From the NCBI RefSeq assembly GCF_009914755.1, contig NC_060925.1: DNA of 64,000 nucleotides. The stretch is one strand, 5' to 3'. Positions 1 to 14,925 of this stretch are shown here, in pieces (the first letter of the stretch is position 1; each line of letters opens with the position of its first letter). The notes beneath the pieces are model-generated. The model searched no databases. It was given only the letters and a program-made list of their open reading frames with translations, and was not told where the DNA came from. The translations under genes and the position numbers were made by a program. The DNA is from the human T2T-CHM13v2.0 reference genome, Homo sapiens.

Positions 1-639
1 TACTCTTTTCACAAAGGAGTCAAAGGTGATTTCAATTTAGGGAAAAAGAAAAGTTTAGACCTAAAACATTAATATAAACTGAAGGATGCAAAGAACTCAA
101 TGTTCTACAATCATACTTCAGTGGCCTCTCATTGTCTCCTGAAGAAATATACAGAATATAATGAGTGGGTCACCATGCAGTTTAGAAGGGGCAGAGTTGT
201 CCTACAGTAATAATCACAGTACATTTGATGCTAAATCGTATGTGCTCTAATATTATAATTTCACATCTAATACATGAAAATCTTTCCAATGAAGTTAGTT
301 TATTCCCTATAGCATGAAGATAGATGAAGTTAAATAGTTTATTTCCTATAGCATAAAGATAGCCCTTGACATTCATTGTCACACATTTCCTGTTTCTGAG
401 ATCAGTAATTTGTAGATTCCTTCCTGAAGGTTCCAGCAAAGAGCTTTTACCCATCTGCCCAACTCCTTTGATTCAAGACGGGAGGGGAACAGAGGTCTCC
501 TCAGGAAAGAGAGTCTCCTGTACCCAGGGTGAGGAGAAAAGTGGTCATAAGGAAGCCGTGGGGCCACAGATGTATGACCACTCACAACTGATTCAGTGAG
601 CCAAGAAGACAGCAGTGTTGCCAGAGATGGAAGGTGTTC

Positions 640-780
640 TCAGAATGCTAACAGGACTTGCTGATGAAGGGGATGGTGGTAGGGGATGACAGAAAGAATT
701 AATCAAGAGCGATGCCTTGATTTTGGTCCTGAGCACCTGACTGGGAGTAACTACTGAACTGGAAAAGATAGAGGCAGCCT
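640..780 (-). mobile_element. L2 LINE fragment
   Basis: acaggacttgctgatgaagggg...tgattttggtcctgagcacctg resembles antisense L2; similar to the segment at 2105-2210. Confidence 0.55.
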
Positions 781-1464
781 GAGTCTCCTGTAAAATTCAG
801 ACACCTTCCAATCTCCATAATTCTAGTTTCTTGTTCCTGGACCTCTTGCTTTAGGGAGGCATATAGCACTTTACAAAGTATTTGCTCATTTTGTCATCTT
901 ATGTATATACTGAAAATGGAGTCAGTGTCACCAGAAAGGACACCTAATACTCCTTGCTTTTCTTATGGACCTACGACTATACTATAGGTGCTGAAGGTAC
1001 CTATACCTATACTATTGGTATTGAAGGGACACAAAGATTTGACCTAACCTTAGAGTCACTTTGTAGGACTACTACCCCTTCTCTGTTTTCCTCCTTCTTC
1101 ATTAACTCTTCCCTTACCTGACAAGCACAGCTGACTGGAATTGTGTACACTAAATGGTCCTTTACAATATGGAATACTTCAGTAATTACAATATGCTGGA
1201 ATTGCTAAATTCTATAATTTCATTTGGATGAACTTAATCACATCATAGCATTCAATTTGGCTTATTTTCAAAATCAGCTTCGTTTATAAACTAAAAAGAA
1301 CTGAAGGATTCTTTTCATTTTCAACACTTCTCATCTGTAAGAGGATTTAGATTCTTCTATTTACAAGCATTCTTCTGAGAATCTTTCATTCTACACACAG
1401 GTTTCTTTGGGGGTTCTGTTTTATCTTTTTTCATACACTGCCTACCAGAGAGAACAAGACTGGC

Positions 1465-2870
1465 AAAAGGACTCTGTCCTCATAAAGCTCAGAGACGATG
1501 AACAGATAAACAAGTAAGTGAACAAAAATACTTCAGATAATGCTAAATCCTCCAAGGAGAATATGATACAGTAGATGTAATGGGAAGCTCCTTTAGACTG
1601 AGTGGTCAGAGAGGACCTTTCTGGGGTGGGGTGTGGCATTTGAACTGTGCCCTGCAGACCGAAGCAGTACAAGCACAGGAATTAGCAACTGCAAGGGCTC
1701 TGTTTGATAATGAACTTGGTAGGTTAAAGGGACAGAAAGAAAGCCAGTGTGGCTGAGGTGTGGTCAAGGGGATGTATCCAAAGTATAGCAATACATCAGA
1801 GAGGAAACCCAGGGGCAGATATATTAGTACTGAAATAGCATAAGGGATTCACACTGTATTCTAGGTGTAATGGAAGTCGATGGAAGGTTTTAAGGGAAGG
1901 TGCAGGGATTACCTAATTCATATTTTAAAAGGTCATTGTGGGCGCCACTGAGAAAGAATATAGAGGAGCAGGAAAGGAAGAAGGAGGAGGAAGGACAGAA
2001 GGAAGACTACTATGATTGCTCAGGCAAGATATGATGTTACGTTAGACTATACTGGTGGCAAAGAAAGCAGGGGAAACAGACTTTAGACATATTTTAAAGA
2101 AAATGTTAATAGGACTTGCTAATGAATTCAGTGGTGATGGGGGTAAGTGACAGAAAAAAAATTAAGAGTAATGACTAGATTTTTGTACTGAGCACTTGAC
2201 TGGGGGTAATTATTGAGGTGGGAAAAACAGAAGCAGAAAAAGGAAGGTGGCAGAGGGAGCTGAGGAATCAAGAGTTCTGCTCTGGCTATGTTGAGTTTGA
2301 GATGCTTTTCAAATATCCAAGTGAGGATGAAACCAGTAGATAGCTGGACATACGAACGGGAGCTCAGTATAGCAATCAAGGCTGGAGATACAATTTTTTT
2401 TTTTAGTATATTGGCATCAAAGAGGGTATTTAAAGTCATAGAAATAAATTAGAATCCTTTAAGGAGAGGGTTTATTTAACGAGAAAGAAAGGAGAAGAAA
2501 GCTCAGGACTCAGCCTTTCATAATTCCAGTATTTAAAGGTTAAACAGAGCATCAACAGCCGTCAAAAGATGTTGAAAAGAAATGGCTAAACAGAGGGAAA
2601 AACAAGAAGAGTGTTGAGTACTAGGAGCCAAGATAGGGGTCAGTTATGTGGAAGACTGCTGAAAAGTCAAAAAAAAAAAAAAAAAAAAAAAAACCAGAAA
2701 AGACACCAGATTTGGCAAGACTAAAGGTCTTTGGTAACCTTATTAGAACAACTGTAATGAAGTGTCAGAAAAGAAAGTCCCATTAGAATGGGCTGAAAAG
2801 AGAATGGAAGGTGAGGAACAGGGGAGAAGGAAGAGACAATAACTACATAGCAGTCTTTTCAGAAGTTGTG
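1465..2870 (-). mobile_element. L2 LINE, long degraded fragment with an internal poly(A) at ~2669-2693
   Basis: Purine-rich L2 motifs such as ggacttgctaatgaatt, gagttctgctctggctatgttgagtttgagatg and gggtatttaaagtcatag. Confidence 0.7.
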
Positions 2871-4669
2871 CACAAGTGTGTGAGAGAGCTAGAGCACAGG
2901 AGAGCGAGCCCGCACCAGCACACACTTAACACAGGTGACAACAGAAGTTACGGAAAGACAGTGTCTCTGGAGCATCTGTAATCATCTCCTTCTTTGTTTT
3001 CCTCTTCGAGTCATTCTGCTGAAGTTCCTGAATAAACCATACGGATCTACAACATACATACATCTCAGACCTAGTATCTCTTTTGTTCAATCTCTCCATA
3101 TTTTTCTGCCAAATCTAATCAGAGGTTTTGCGGAGGGATTCGTAACAACTATATTCTTCATTTTTAAAAATGTGTGCAAAATAGTAGCATTCGGTAAATA
3201 TTACAAGATTGCAAGGCTAGATGTATCTCAAAGAACACAATACAAAAGATGTAAGATGCTCTTCTACCTGGAAATGGTGGAAACTTCATTATGAACCCAA
3301 TTTCCAAATTATTTCCAATAATGAAGGCCAATGTATGATCTAGTCACCTTTTACAAGATCGGTTTCCATAATATGTTTACTTGCTTTTTTTCACACTGTC
3401 TCCCAATCTGTTCTTTGAAGTTTCTTCTTGCCTAAAATAAACTTCCACACACCTGCTCTATAAATCCGAACTCAAAGTGTAGCATTTTTACCTCCATAAA
3501 TGTTTTGGACACTATGCTGACAGAAAAAGAAGAGGAACTAAATGACCTGTGAAAGCCCCTGTTAGTTGCTTCATACTGATACCGAATTTCTAAATGTATT
3601 ATAAATGCATTTCACAGCATTCCATTAACATGTCAGAGGACTTTCTTTTCCACTAAGCACACTTTGCATGAATAAATATCATTCTTTTAAATTTACATAA
3701 AGACAAGTTAAAGATGAGGCTATGTACTACAGATTTATTTAATCTACATGAGACCTAAGATATATTTTCATCAATGGCTGTGCTAGAATAATTATAAATT
3801 ACAGAAAATAAAACATTCAGTTAGTGGTATAGTTTGCCTAGAATTGATTTTTTGATGCTGATTATATAACCCATTAACTGACTAAAACTTCTTCACTCGA
3901 GTCACTGCAGCGTCTGCCACCATTTGTGTTAGTGTTTACACATAAAGATCACACACATTTGATGCGTCCACTTTCCTTCAAATATGGGTTAGAGTGGAAC
4001 TGGGAAACAGAACCATTTCTAGTCTTTTTACAGCTTTGTTATTTTGATTTTTAAATTTACATTTGGAATAAAGAGAAACTCTGCTATAAGAATCTCATAC
4101 TAACCTCTGAATAAAGTGGAGATGTGCAAGTACTCCAAGAAGGCAACAGAATTAAATATATTTTCTATGAAAGATATTAAAACCAAAAGTGTTTAATAAT
4201 CTTCATTAATGAACTTTAAAGCTCAAGAAGACCTTATAAATCATCTAGTTCATCTTCCTTGGTTTCAAAATCTACTCTTGAATTTATTTAGCATTATGAG
4301 ATTATTACATGAGGTTATTTATTCTCCCTAATTTTAATATTGATAATTAATCTTTAATAAATGCTTGTGATTTTTGACATATTAAATTCTAAACCTCAAC
4401 ATTTCAAACAGTCTTAGATCATGAAGAATATTAACCAAGTCCAACGTCCCATATACTTTGTAGTAAAATGGTAGACCCTGAGGTGAAGTGGGGCAATAAT
4501 TTCATGAGAACACATCACAGTACATGGTTAGATGTACTTTCCACTTTTTCTTCTACTAGAAAACTAAGTTTCTGTTTTGGGAAGTGCTGGCTTTGTGTTC
4601 TGCCCGTTTATGCTTTAATTTCAGCTCATGCACTGGGGGGCCCTCAGGAGGATTAAAGAAGACAACTTT

Positions 4670-4992
<323 letters not shown>

Positions 4993-5292
4993 AAGAAGAC
5001 AACTTTGAGTGGTGGACGAAACTCCGTCCTAAAGATTCCAGGCTGGAGAAATGGGTCCTTTTAGCCATCTTATTAACAGTTTGAACTTGAAGAGATCACT
5101 TAACCTCTCCAGCCACTCTACCTTTATGCATAAAATGAAAATAATATTAGTTTACACATAAGTATTCAAATAATTTCCTAAGGTCTCACCGATCTCTAAA
5201 AATCTGTGATAAATATTTTCATAAACTAGATTTGGCATCATATGCTATGTTATTTATATTTACCTAACACCACATTTCCTTATTTTTATTCC

Positions 5293-5600
5293 TTTTTTTT
5301 TTTTTTTTTTTTTTTTGGAGACAAAGTCTCACTCCATCACCCAAACTACAGAGTGCAGTGGCAGATCTCCACTGACTGCAACCTCCGCCTCCCGGGTTCA
5401 GGCAATTCTCCTGCCTCAGTCTCCCGAGTAGTTGGGATTACAGGCGCATGCTACCATGACCGGCTAATTTTTGTATTTTTAGTAGAGATGGGTTTTCACC
5501 ATGTTGGCCAGGCTGGTCTGAAACTCCTGACCTTGAGTGATCCACCTGCCTCAGCCTCCCAAAGTACTGGGATTGCAGACGTGAGCCACTGCGCCCGGCC
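5293..5600 (-). mobile_element. AluS (Sx/Sz-like)
   Basis: Poly(T) plus antisense Alu dimer; TSD cacatttccttattt. Confidence 0.93.
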
Positions 5601-6865
5601 TCACATTTCCTTATTTCAATGTTTACTTCAGAAGGCCCTAAAGCAGGGCAATTCAACTGGCTTCCATGTTTACTTATCATTAAAAGTTATCTTACAGGAC
5701 TCTTGGGATTGTGTCCTTTTTAAGACAACACAAAGTTCATAGAGTAATGGACTGTGTGGTACTCCTACCCGAGGCTCCAACATTTTGAGGCATAAGAAAA
5801 TCAAGTATCTGGTTCTGATTTCCACTCTACTTTGTTGCCATTTTTAGCAACAGTTGATGGCACTTGACCTGATCTCTTTCCTGGTCCATTGCCTATAGGT
5901 CAAGCTGACAGCAGCATAAAACCCTAAACAGCCATAACTTTTTAGTATCTATTAATAGATACATTTTATGGTGGCTGAAGTGACAATCTAGGTTCCTTTG
6001 GTTAAGAAGTTCAAAATCTTTATTCTACTGCTATTCCTTTCTGTATAAGTTTCTCAGAGAAAACAAGGTGTTTCCAGCAGCACCATCACTTTATGAAAAA
6101 AATTAAACCTCCATCATCTAAATATAATGTTTTTTCTAAAAGAAGCCTTCTTTTTTTTAGTATGTATATTATTTTTAGATACTTCCATTGCTTTAAGAAG
6201 TTCCCATGATCTTTGAGACAAAAATCAAAACATCTTTGGGATGACAAAACTAAAAATGAATAAATAGATAAAGTGGAATTTTTGAGCCAACTTTTTTTAC
6301 ATTTTCATACAAATTTCGAAGCTACAATTAACTTCATTTAGACCATGAATAGCAACCTAATGGGGCTGTAACAATTTCCACAAATAAAGCTACACTATTT
6401 GTTTCACATTCACTAAGGATGACTATTACTCTAAATGTTCAATTAGTTCTTCATTTATTTTAAAATTAAATTCATTATAAAAATAATGTTAGAATATTAT
6501 CCAATAAATTTTCTTTGCTCACCTTCAAAAATTCTACATTACCGTTCTCTTGAGAAATTCTACATTTGGTTTTTGTTCCTCATCTTATCATCCTGCAATA
6601 ATTCTTTGAAATCCATTTATCTTACTAATTTAAAAAAAAAGGGATTAGTGTCTATTTAAATCAAATAATTAGTAATAACCTATTGAATAAGTTTGTGATA
6701 GAAGGTGTTACATTGTTTCAGTCTACCTGCCATTGAACAAAATAATGCCAATAATTTATTTAATCCTATTGAAATTTAAATTTTGCAACTCTCTTTATAG
6801 AAGGATAAAGTTTACAATTGCCCTTTATCCATCTTATAGAGATGATGCAAAGTTAAATTATGCAC

Positions 6866-7184
6866 TACCATAGTCTGTTTTCGCAGTTATAATGAAATAC
6901 CTCAGACTGGGTAATTTAGGATAAACAGTTCACAGTTCTGGAGGCTGGGAAGGTGCTAATATCCAGCAAAGGACCTCTGACTGCGTCATCTCGTGACAGA
7001 AGGCAAGGGGCGAGATACAGCAAGAGGGGGCCGAATTCACCTTTTATATTGACACCAATCCCACCCATGAGGGTGGAACTCTCATAGCCTCATCACTTCT
7101 TAAAGTTTCCACCTGTTAATACTGATATAGTGGCAATTAAATTTCAACACGCATTTTGGAGGGACAAACATTCAAATCATAGCA
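6866..7184 (-). mobile_element. ERVL-MaLR solo LTR (MLT1A/MST-like)
   Basis: aaatacctcagactgggtaattt...ttttggagggacaaacattcaaatcatagca is a reverse-complement MaLR LTR. Confidence 0.8.
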
Positions 7185-7868
7185 CGTGCCTTTCAATACC
7201 TCATTTGAGGTATTCAGAAAATGGCAAGATACTAGAAGTATTTTAATGTGTTCCTAAAACATTAAACCTAAAACTGACTTATATCTACCTTCAGCTCTAA
7301 AAATCTGGGCCTTCAAGATTTTTCCAAGTGTTAAGCAGGTGGACCCCAAAAGTGAGGCACAAACTTCTCATTATCCAAACACATGACAACGTTTAATATC
7401 ACAGTATTTAAATGCTACTCTAATGAATGTGTGAAGATTTTCTAATCTGGTAATTCACCGAACTTTTAGGAACCATGACTTTTCCTAAAGCCATGACCTG
7501 TTTTTCTTCTGAACTACATGCTATTCTGTATATAATGCTCCACATGTTTACAATTGATCCAAGTGATCAATTCATTAATTCTCAAACAAATGACATCAAT
7601 CTTTTTTTCACATGTAAAGAAACAAAGGCAGAAAGAGAAAGAATAGGCCATTTCCCTTTAATCTGCAATCGCTCACCAGAAAGATTTAGTTTGCATAAAC
7701 ACATTCAAGAAAATAAGCGAAAATAAATTTTAAAACAAGTACATAGGAAATGACAACGTAAGGAAAATGGGAAAGGGAAGAGAGAACCAGGAGTTAGGCT
7801 AGAATGCTGTCCTATCTTGTGCATTGCCAACTCTGGAGAGATCCAATAATCAGTCCAAGGTACCACAC

Positions 7869-7958
7869 AGGCTAGACCTGAACTCCTGGGCTCAAGCTAT
7901 CCTCCTGCCTAAGCCTCCAAGTAACTAGGACTACAGTCGCACACAGTCAGAACTAGCT
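7869..7958 (-). mobile_element. FLAM/Alu monomer fragment
   Basis: gaactcctgggctcaagctatcctcctgcctaagcctcc. Confidence 0.7.
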
Positions 7959-8035
7959 TGTTGGACTTATTTTTGTCAAAGAATAGTATCATAATCTTTG
8001 TGCCTCTCTTGATTGAGAAGAAATTCTCCCAGAGC

Positions 8036-8230
8036 AGAACTGTCCTATAGAACTTTCTGCAATGATACAATCTTTTCTATCAGCACCATTTAATATGGTA
8101 GCCACTGGCCACACGTGGCTGTTGAGCAGCTGAAATGTGTTTAGTGCAAGAGAAAGACTTAATTTTTAATTTGATTTTAATTACTTAAGTAGTCAAATGT
8201 GGCTACTGGTTACCATATTTCATAGTGCAG
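8036..8230 (+). mobile_element. MER3 (hAT-Charlie) DNA transposon
   Basis: ctgtcctatagaactttctgcaatgat...tagccactggccacacgtggct...tgtggctactggttaccatatt. Confidence 0.8.
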
Positions 8231-9742
8231 TTCTGATACATATGTACAGCAAATCACAGCAAATCAATTTCTCTCACAGTAGTATCTGTCTCAGTTACTC
8301 AGTTTCCTAACTTTGACAGAACTATTTATCATATGATGTATATTTTCACCTGAATACTTCCATATGAGTCTCTATTTTATTCCAGAGAATTTTTCCGATT
8401 ACAGACTTAGTGTACTTTTGGCCAGTGAGTTGTGTGGGTTATTGCTAAGCATGGCATTGGACGTGCTCGGATGCTTGTCTTCATTCATTCCTGAAAGCAG
8501 TCTTATTCTCTAAAACTATCCATCATTCTTACTCTTCTCTCTCATCCCAGCTGACATGCCACTTTCAAATAGGTATATTTTCTCTGGTTTCCTGCTTTTC
8601 TGATATAGCTGTGGATACATGGAGAGTGTAATAAACGGGTTGTCCAGAAAGGAGCTTCTGTAGTCACTGGGCAGTAGATATCAGCATCAGCAATAGATCT
8701 ATTTAATAAAATAAGTAAATATATATCCCCACTATATGGAAGAGTATAATACATAAAAGCATGTAATATAACAAATTTTATGCACCAATAATTTTTTACA
8801 GTATTCAGAAAAGTTTCTACATAGTAACTATAAACTACATATTAAAAATTGTTTTCTGGTCATTGCTATAATGTACACACACATTCCAATTGACACACAG
8901 AAAAAAGAAGTTACTTTCTTTAAACTGCAAGGGAAATATCAAAATAACATCACGAAACATTTCATAATATCCTAGAGATAGTATCTCTTACATTTCAAAA
9001 CTGCTTTAACTCATATGGGGCTCCAGTTCATCAGAAACAGGACTTGATACAAAAAGGCATGGCATGAATGATAATTACTGCTTTGGGTACAAATCTGCAC
9101 ACATTACATGCAAGATCCAATATAAGTCAACTTCTCACAGCAATCAATTTTTCAAAAGGAAGGGTACAACCAATGTTTATTTTATGTTAAGGAGAGGAAA
9201 TCAAACAAAAGGGGAAAAAGTGAGATGAAAATTCTTATGCTCCAGTTGAGTTTTTCCTTGGGAGCACTGAACAGATTTTAGGAAATTTAGCCTAATTTTG
9301 CTATGGCAACAGTTATAACACTTGAGACCACAGTCCAGGAGAAGCGCAGCATTTATTCTCTTATTGCAGCACTTTGATCCTTTCCGAGTCTAACTTAAAA
9401 GCCATAGTTTTTAATGCAAATGAGAATACATACATTGAGATTCGGGAATAATTAGAATATTTATATTTGTAATAAATCCAATGGAAGCTCTTTTGTGACA
9501 TGAAGCTTACTCAGTGGTTAGGGGGTTAATGAATAAAATGGATCACTGGACTGAAAATAAAAATCACTATTTAAAACGAAGGCGACACCAGGAGAATTAG
9601 GCACTACATAATACTGTAACCACGGAGAATTCTCAACAGTAAAATAAAGCCCTGTAGTCCCAGCATTTTCATTACTTTTCCAGTAGTGCTGGATGCAGTG
9701 TGAATTTCAATGAGGTGGGAAACAGTGGCTGCTCCCTTTAAA

Positions 9743-12734
9743 GAACATATACCACACAGAGGAAAGAACATATACCATATACCACAGAGAGGAGAAGCAC
9801 TCCTTCAATTCACACAGTGATGAACATATTCCACACAGAGGAGAAGCACTCCTTCAATCCACACTGTGATGAACATATACCACACAGAGGAGAAGCGCTC
9901 CTCAATTCACACTGTGATGAACATATACCACACAGAGGAGAAGCACTCCTTCAATCCACACAGTGATGAACATATTCCACACAGAGGAGAAGCACTCCTT
10001 CAATCCACACTGTGATGAATATATACCACACAGAGAAGAAGCGCTCCTTCAATTCACACTGTGATGAACATATACCACACAGGGGAGAAGCGCTCCTCAA
10101 TTCACACTGTGATGAACATATACCACACAGAGGAGAAGCACTCCTTCAATTCACACAGTGATGAACATATTCCACACAGAGGAGAAGCACTCCTTCAATC
10201 CACACTGTGATGAATATATACCACACAGAGAAGAAGCGCTCCTTCAATTCACACTGTGATGAACATATACCACACAGGGGAGAAGCGCTCCTCAATTCAC
10301 ACTGTGATGAACATATACCACACAGAGGAGAAGCACTCCTTCAGTCGACACTGTGATGAACATATACCACACAGAGGAGAAGCACTCCTCAATTCACACT
10401 GTGATGAACATATACCACACAGAGGAGAAGCACTCCTCAATTCACACTGTGATGAACATATACCACACAGAGGAGAAGCACTCCTTCAATCCACACTGTG
10501 ATGAACATATACCACACAGAGGAGAAGCACTCCTCAATTCACACTGTGATGAACATATACCACACAAAGGAGAAGCACTCCTTCAATTCACACTGTGATG
10601 AACATATACCACACAAAGGAGAAGCACTCCTTCAATTCACACTGTGATGAACATATACCACACAGAGGAGAAGCACTCCTTCAATCCACACTGTGATGAA
10701 CATATACCACACAGAGGAGAAGCACTCCTCAATTCACACTGTGATGAACATATACCACACAGAGGAGAAGCACTCCCCAATTCACACTGTGATGAACATA
10801 TACCACACAGAGGAGAAACGCTCCTTCAATTCACACTGTGATGAACATATACCACACAAAGGAGAAGCACTCCTTCAATTCACACTGTGATGAACATATA
10901 CCACACAGAGGAGAAGCACTCCTCAATTCACACTGTGATGAACATATACCACGCAGAGGAGAAGCGCTCCTTCAATTCACACTGTGATGAACATATACCA
11001 CACAGGGGAGAAGCACTCCTTCAATTCACACTGTGATGAACATATACCACACAGAGGAGAAGCACTCCTTCAATCCACACTGTGATGAACATATACCACA
11101 CAGAGGAGAAACGCTCCTTCAATTCACACTGTGATGAACATATACCACACAGAGGAGAAGCACTCCTTCAATTCACACTGTGATGAACATATACCACACA
11201 GAGGAGAAGCACTCCTTCAATCCACACTGTGATGAATATATACCACACAGAGGAGAAGCGCTCCTCAATTCACACTGTGATGAACATATACCACACAGAG
11301 GAGAAGCACTCCCCAATTCACACTGTGATGAACATATACCACACAGAGGAGAAGCACTCCCCAATTCACACTGTGATGAACATATACCACACAGAGGAGA
11401 AGCACTCCTTCAATCCACACTGTGATGAACATATACCACACAGAGGAGAAGCACTCCTCAATTCACACTGTGATGAACATATACCACACAGAGGAGAAGC
11501 ACTCCTTCAATTCACACTGTGATGAACATATACCACACAGAGGAGAAGCACTCCTTCAATCCACACAGTGATGAACATATACCACACAGAGGAGAAGCAC
11601 TCCTCAATTCACACTGTGATGAACATATACCACACAGAGGAGAAGCACTCCTCAATTCACACTGTGATGAACATATACCACACAGAGGAGAAGCACTTCT
11701 TCCATTCACACTGTGATGAACATATACCACGCAGAGGAGACACGCTCCTTCAATTCACACTGTGATGAACATATACCACACAGAGGAGAAGCACTCCTTC
11801 AATCCACACAGTGATGAACATATACCACACAGAGGAGAAGCACTCCTCAATTCACACTGTGATGAACATATACCACGCAGAGGAGAAACGCTCCTTCAAT
11901 TCACACTGTGATGAACATATACCACACAGAGGAGAAGCACTCCTTGAATTCACACTGTGATGAACATATACCACACAGAGGAGAAGCACTCCTTCAATCC
12001 ACACTGTGATGAACATATACCACACAGAGGAGAAGCACTCCTTCAGTTCACACTGTGATGAACATATACCACACAGAGGAGAAGCACTCCTTCAATCCAC
12101 ACTGTGATGAATATATACCACACAGAGGAGAAGCACTCCTCAATTCACACTGTGATGAACATATACCACACAGAGGAGAAGCGCTCCTTCAATTCACACT
12201 GTGATGAACATATACCACACAGAGGAGAAGCACTCCTCAATTCACACTGTGATGAACATACACCAGAGGAGAAGTGCTCCTTCCACTCACACTGTGATGA
12301 ACATGTACCACATGGAGGAGAAGCACTCCTTCAGTTCATACTGTGATGAACATATACCACACAGAGGAGAAGCACTTCTTCCATTCACACTGTGATGAAC
12401 ATATACCACGCAGAGAAGTACTCCTTCCGTTAACACCATGATGACTATATACTGTACAGAGAAGCACTCCTTCAGTTCACACTGTGATGAATATACACCG
12501 TATAGAGGAGAAGCACTCCTTCAGTTCACACTGTGATGAATATACACCGTATAGAGGAGAAGCACTCCTTCAATTCACACTGTGATGAATATATACCGTA
12601 TAGGGGAGAAGCACTCCTTCAATTCACACTATGATGAACACACACCACACAGAGGAGAAGCCCTCCTTCCATTCACAGTGTAATGAATATATACCGTACA
12701 GAGGAGAACCGCTCCTTCAATTCACACTGTGATG
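9743..12734. repeat. Minisatellite/VNTR, 48-49 bp unit, ~61 copies
   Basis: Unit gtgatgaacatataccacacagaggagaagcactcc(t)tcaattcacact repeated; degenerate toward the 3' end. Confidence 0.98.
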
Positions 12735-13917
12735 GCTATTGGCCTATCCATGCCACTATGTACTTTACATTTTAGTATCTTAAAATATTTCATATAATAG
12801 AATATTGCATTTAACTTGCAAGAAAGGCTAAACACCTAGCATAACAAACCATGGTGCACTGTAAATGTTAATTTAAAAATAATATATACAAATCAGTTAC
12901 AGCTTAGACAAGAAACCTCTTTGACTACACAATTTGGAACTAGAATTATATATTATATTTAAATGTATCTCTTTAAACCAATTCAAAAGCAACATAGAGA
13001 GACTAAAACCTGTACTGAAGAAGGAAAGTCAGGTCATTACCCATGAGATTGCTTCAGTTCAAAAAGAGAAAGCAGGAGTAGGTGTGAAAATGCACAGATT
13101 ACTGAAAAGTGGAATGTGGCGTTAAATCAAATCTTACAACATGGAATCACGTTTTACTTTGCATTAGGTTCCTATGCTCCTAGTATCAAAACTAGGAGGT
13201 CCTTTGAGCTACTAACTTAGTAAAAACTAAAAGTCAAACATTTCACTAATAGACCTGCCTCTAAGTATAAGGTTGAGGCAGAAGATATACAATCATAGAA
13301 GAAAAGACAGGAGTTAATACCGCTTTCCCCATTGTAACTGGAAAGTGTCATAAATCCTACATTAGTTTCTCACCTAACCTCCCTATATTTAGTCATTCCA
13401 GTGCCCCAAAATTGAAGAATTAGTCTCAATTTCTACTGGAATATAAATAACACATCAGCTTCTAGCCAGATAATTACGTCCTTCCTGAATATGTTGCAAA
13501 AGTGTTATTCATTGTGGAGAATGCAGAATTATAAAATACAACCCGACTCTCAAATTACTTATAATCTGGTTAGGAATACCTAACTATAAAAATAAACACA
13601 GTTGTGGGTCTCAGCTGGGCAACAGTCAGGCTCTGCAGGATGTCTAGATAGACAGGTAGGTAGACAGACAAAAAGACATGTATGGTGAGCCACCTCCAGC
13701 TCACAGGCAGTATCAGACTCACAGTAGTACCAACTCAAAACAGACCTTCCCCTCCGCAGCATTCCGCATGCCCCACATTATGCCAGAACCTCTATTTGAA
13801 TTTTTCTTCTAGAGCAAATTCCTAGCCTCTCCTCTAGGAAGGGGAGGGCTGGGGAAAGAGCCCTTGGGGTCTTTTCAAGGGGTTCACTGACCCTACAAGC
13901 TCTAAGCTCTCTCTACA

Positions 13918-14109
13918 GCTGTGCTGTCCAATATGGAAATCATGAGCCACTGAGTGGCTACTGGGCACTTGAAATATGGCTAGTGCAACTGAGAAACTGA
14001 ATTTTTTATTTAATTTAATGAACTTAAACAGCCACATATGGCTAATGACTACAATACTAGAAACAAGATATAAAACATTTCCATCATCACAGAAAGCACT
14101 ACTCTACAG
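13918..14109. mobile_element. MER3 DNA transposon
   Basis: ctgtgctgtccaatatgg...gcacttgaaatatggctagtgcaactgag...aacatttccatcatcacagaaag. Confidence 0.8.
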
Positions 14110-14328
14110 AGTAAAGACTTATTATAATTGGATATATACATTCCTGAAAAATGTGGTATATAAAATATTATAACTTGAGGGCTCATAAGGCAGAACACTC
14201 AAACTCTATACAGTATTATAACCAAATCCCTAAAAAGTAAGAATCCCAACTTTTAAAATTAGCGTGATTTTTAAAAGACATTTAATTCTTAATAAAGAAA
14301 TATTATGATAAATAAGTATACATTTAAT

Positions 14329-14925
<597 letters not shown>

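Noticed and set aside
291-1028. Two-copy imperfect tandem duplications (291-362 and ~968-1028)
   Set aside because: Ordinary short slippage duplications
5242-5742. Alu-derived ORFs here and elsewhere (e.g. 38636-39103, 56707-57150)
   Set aside because: Standard antisense-Alu translation artefacts
10256-12395. His-rich repetitive ORFs (MNIYHTEEKHSSIHTV / HCDEHIPHRGEALL)
   Set aside because: Translation of the VNTR; mixed 48/49-bp units shift frame and give frequent stops; no splice or promoter context
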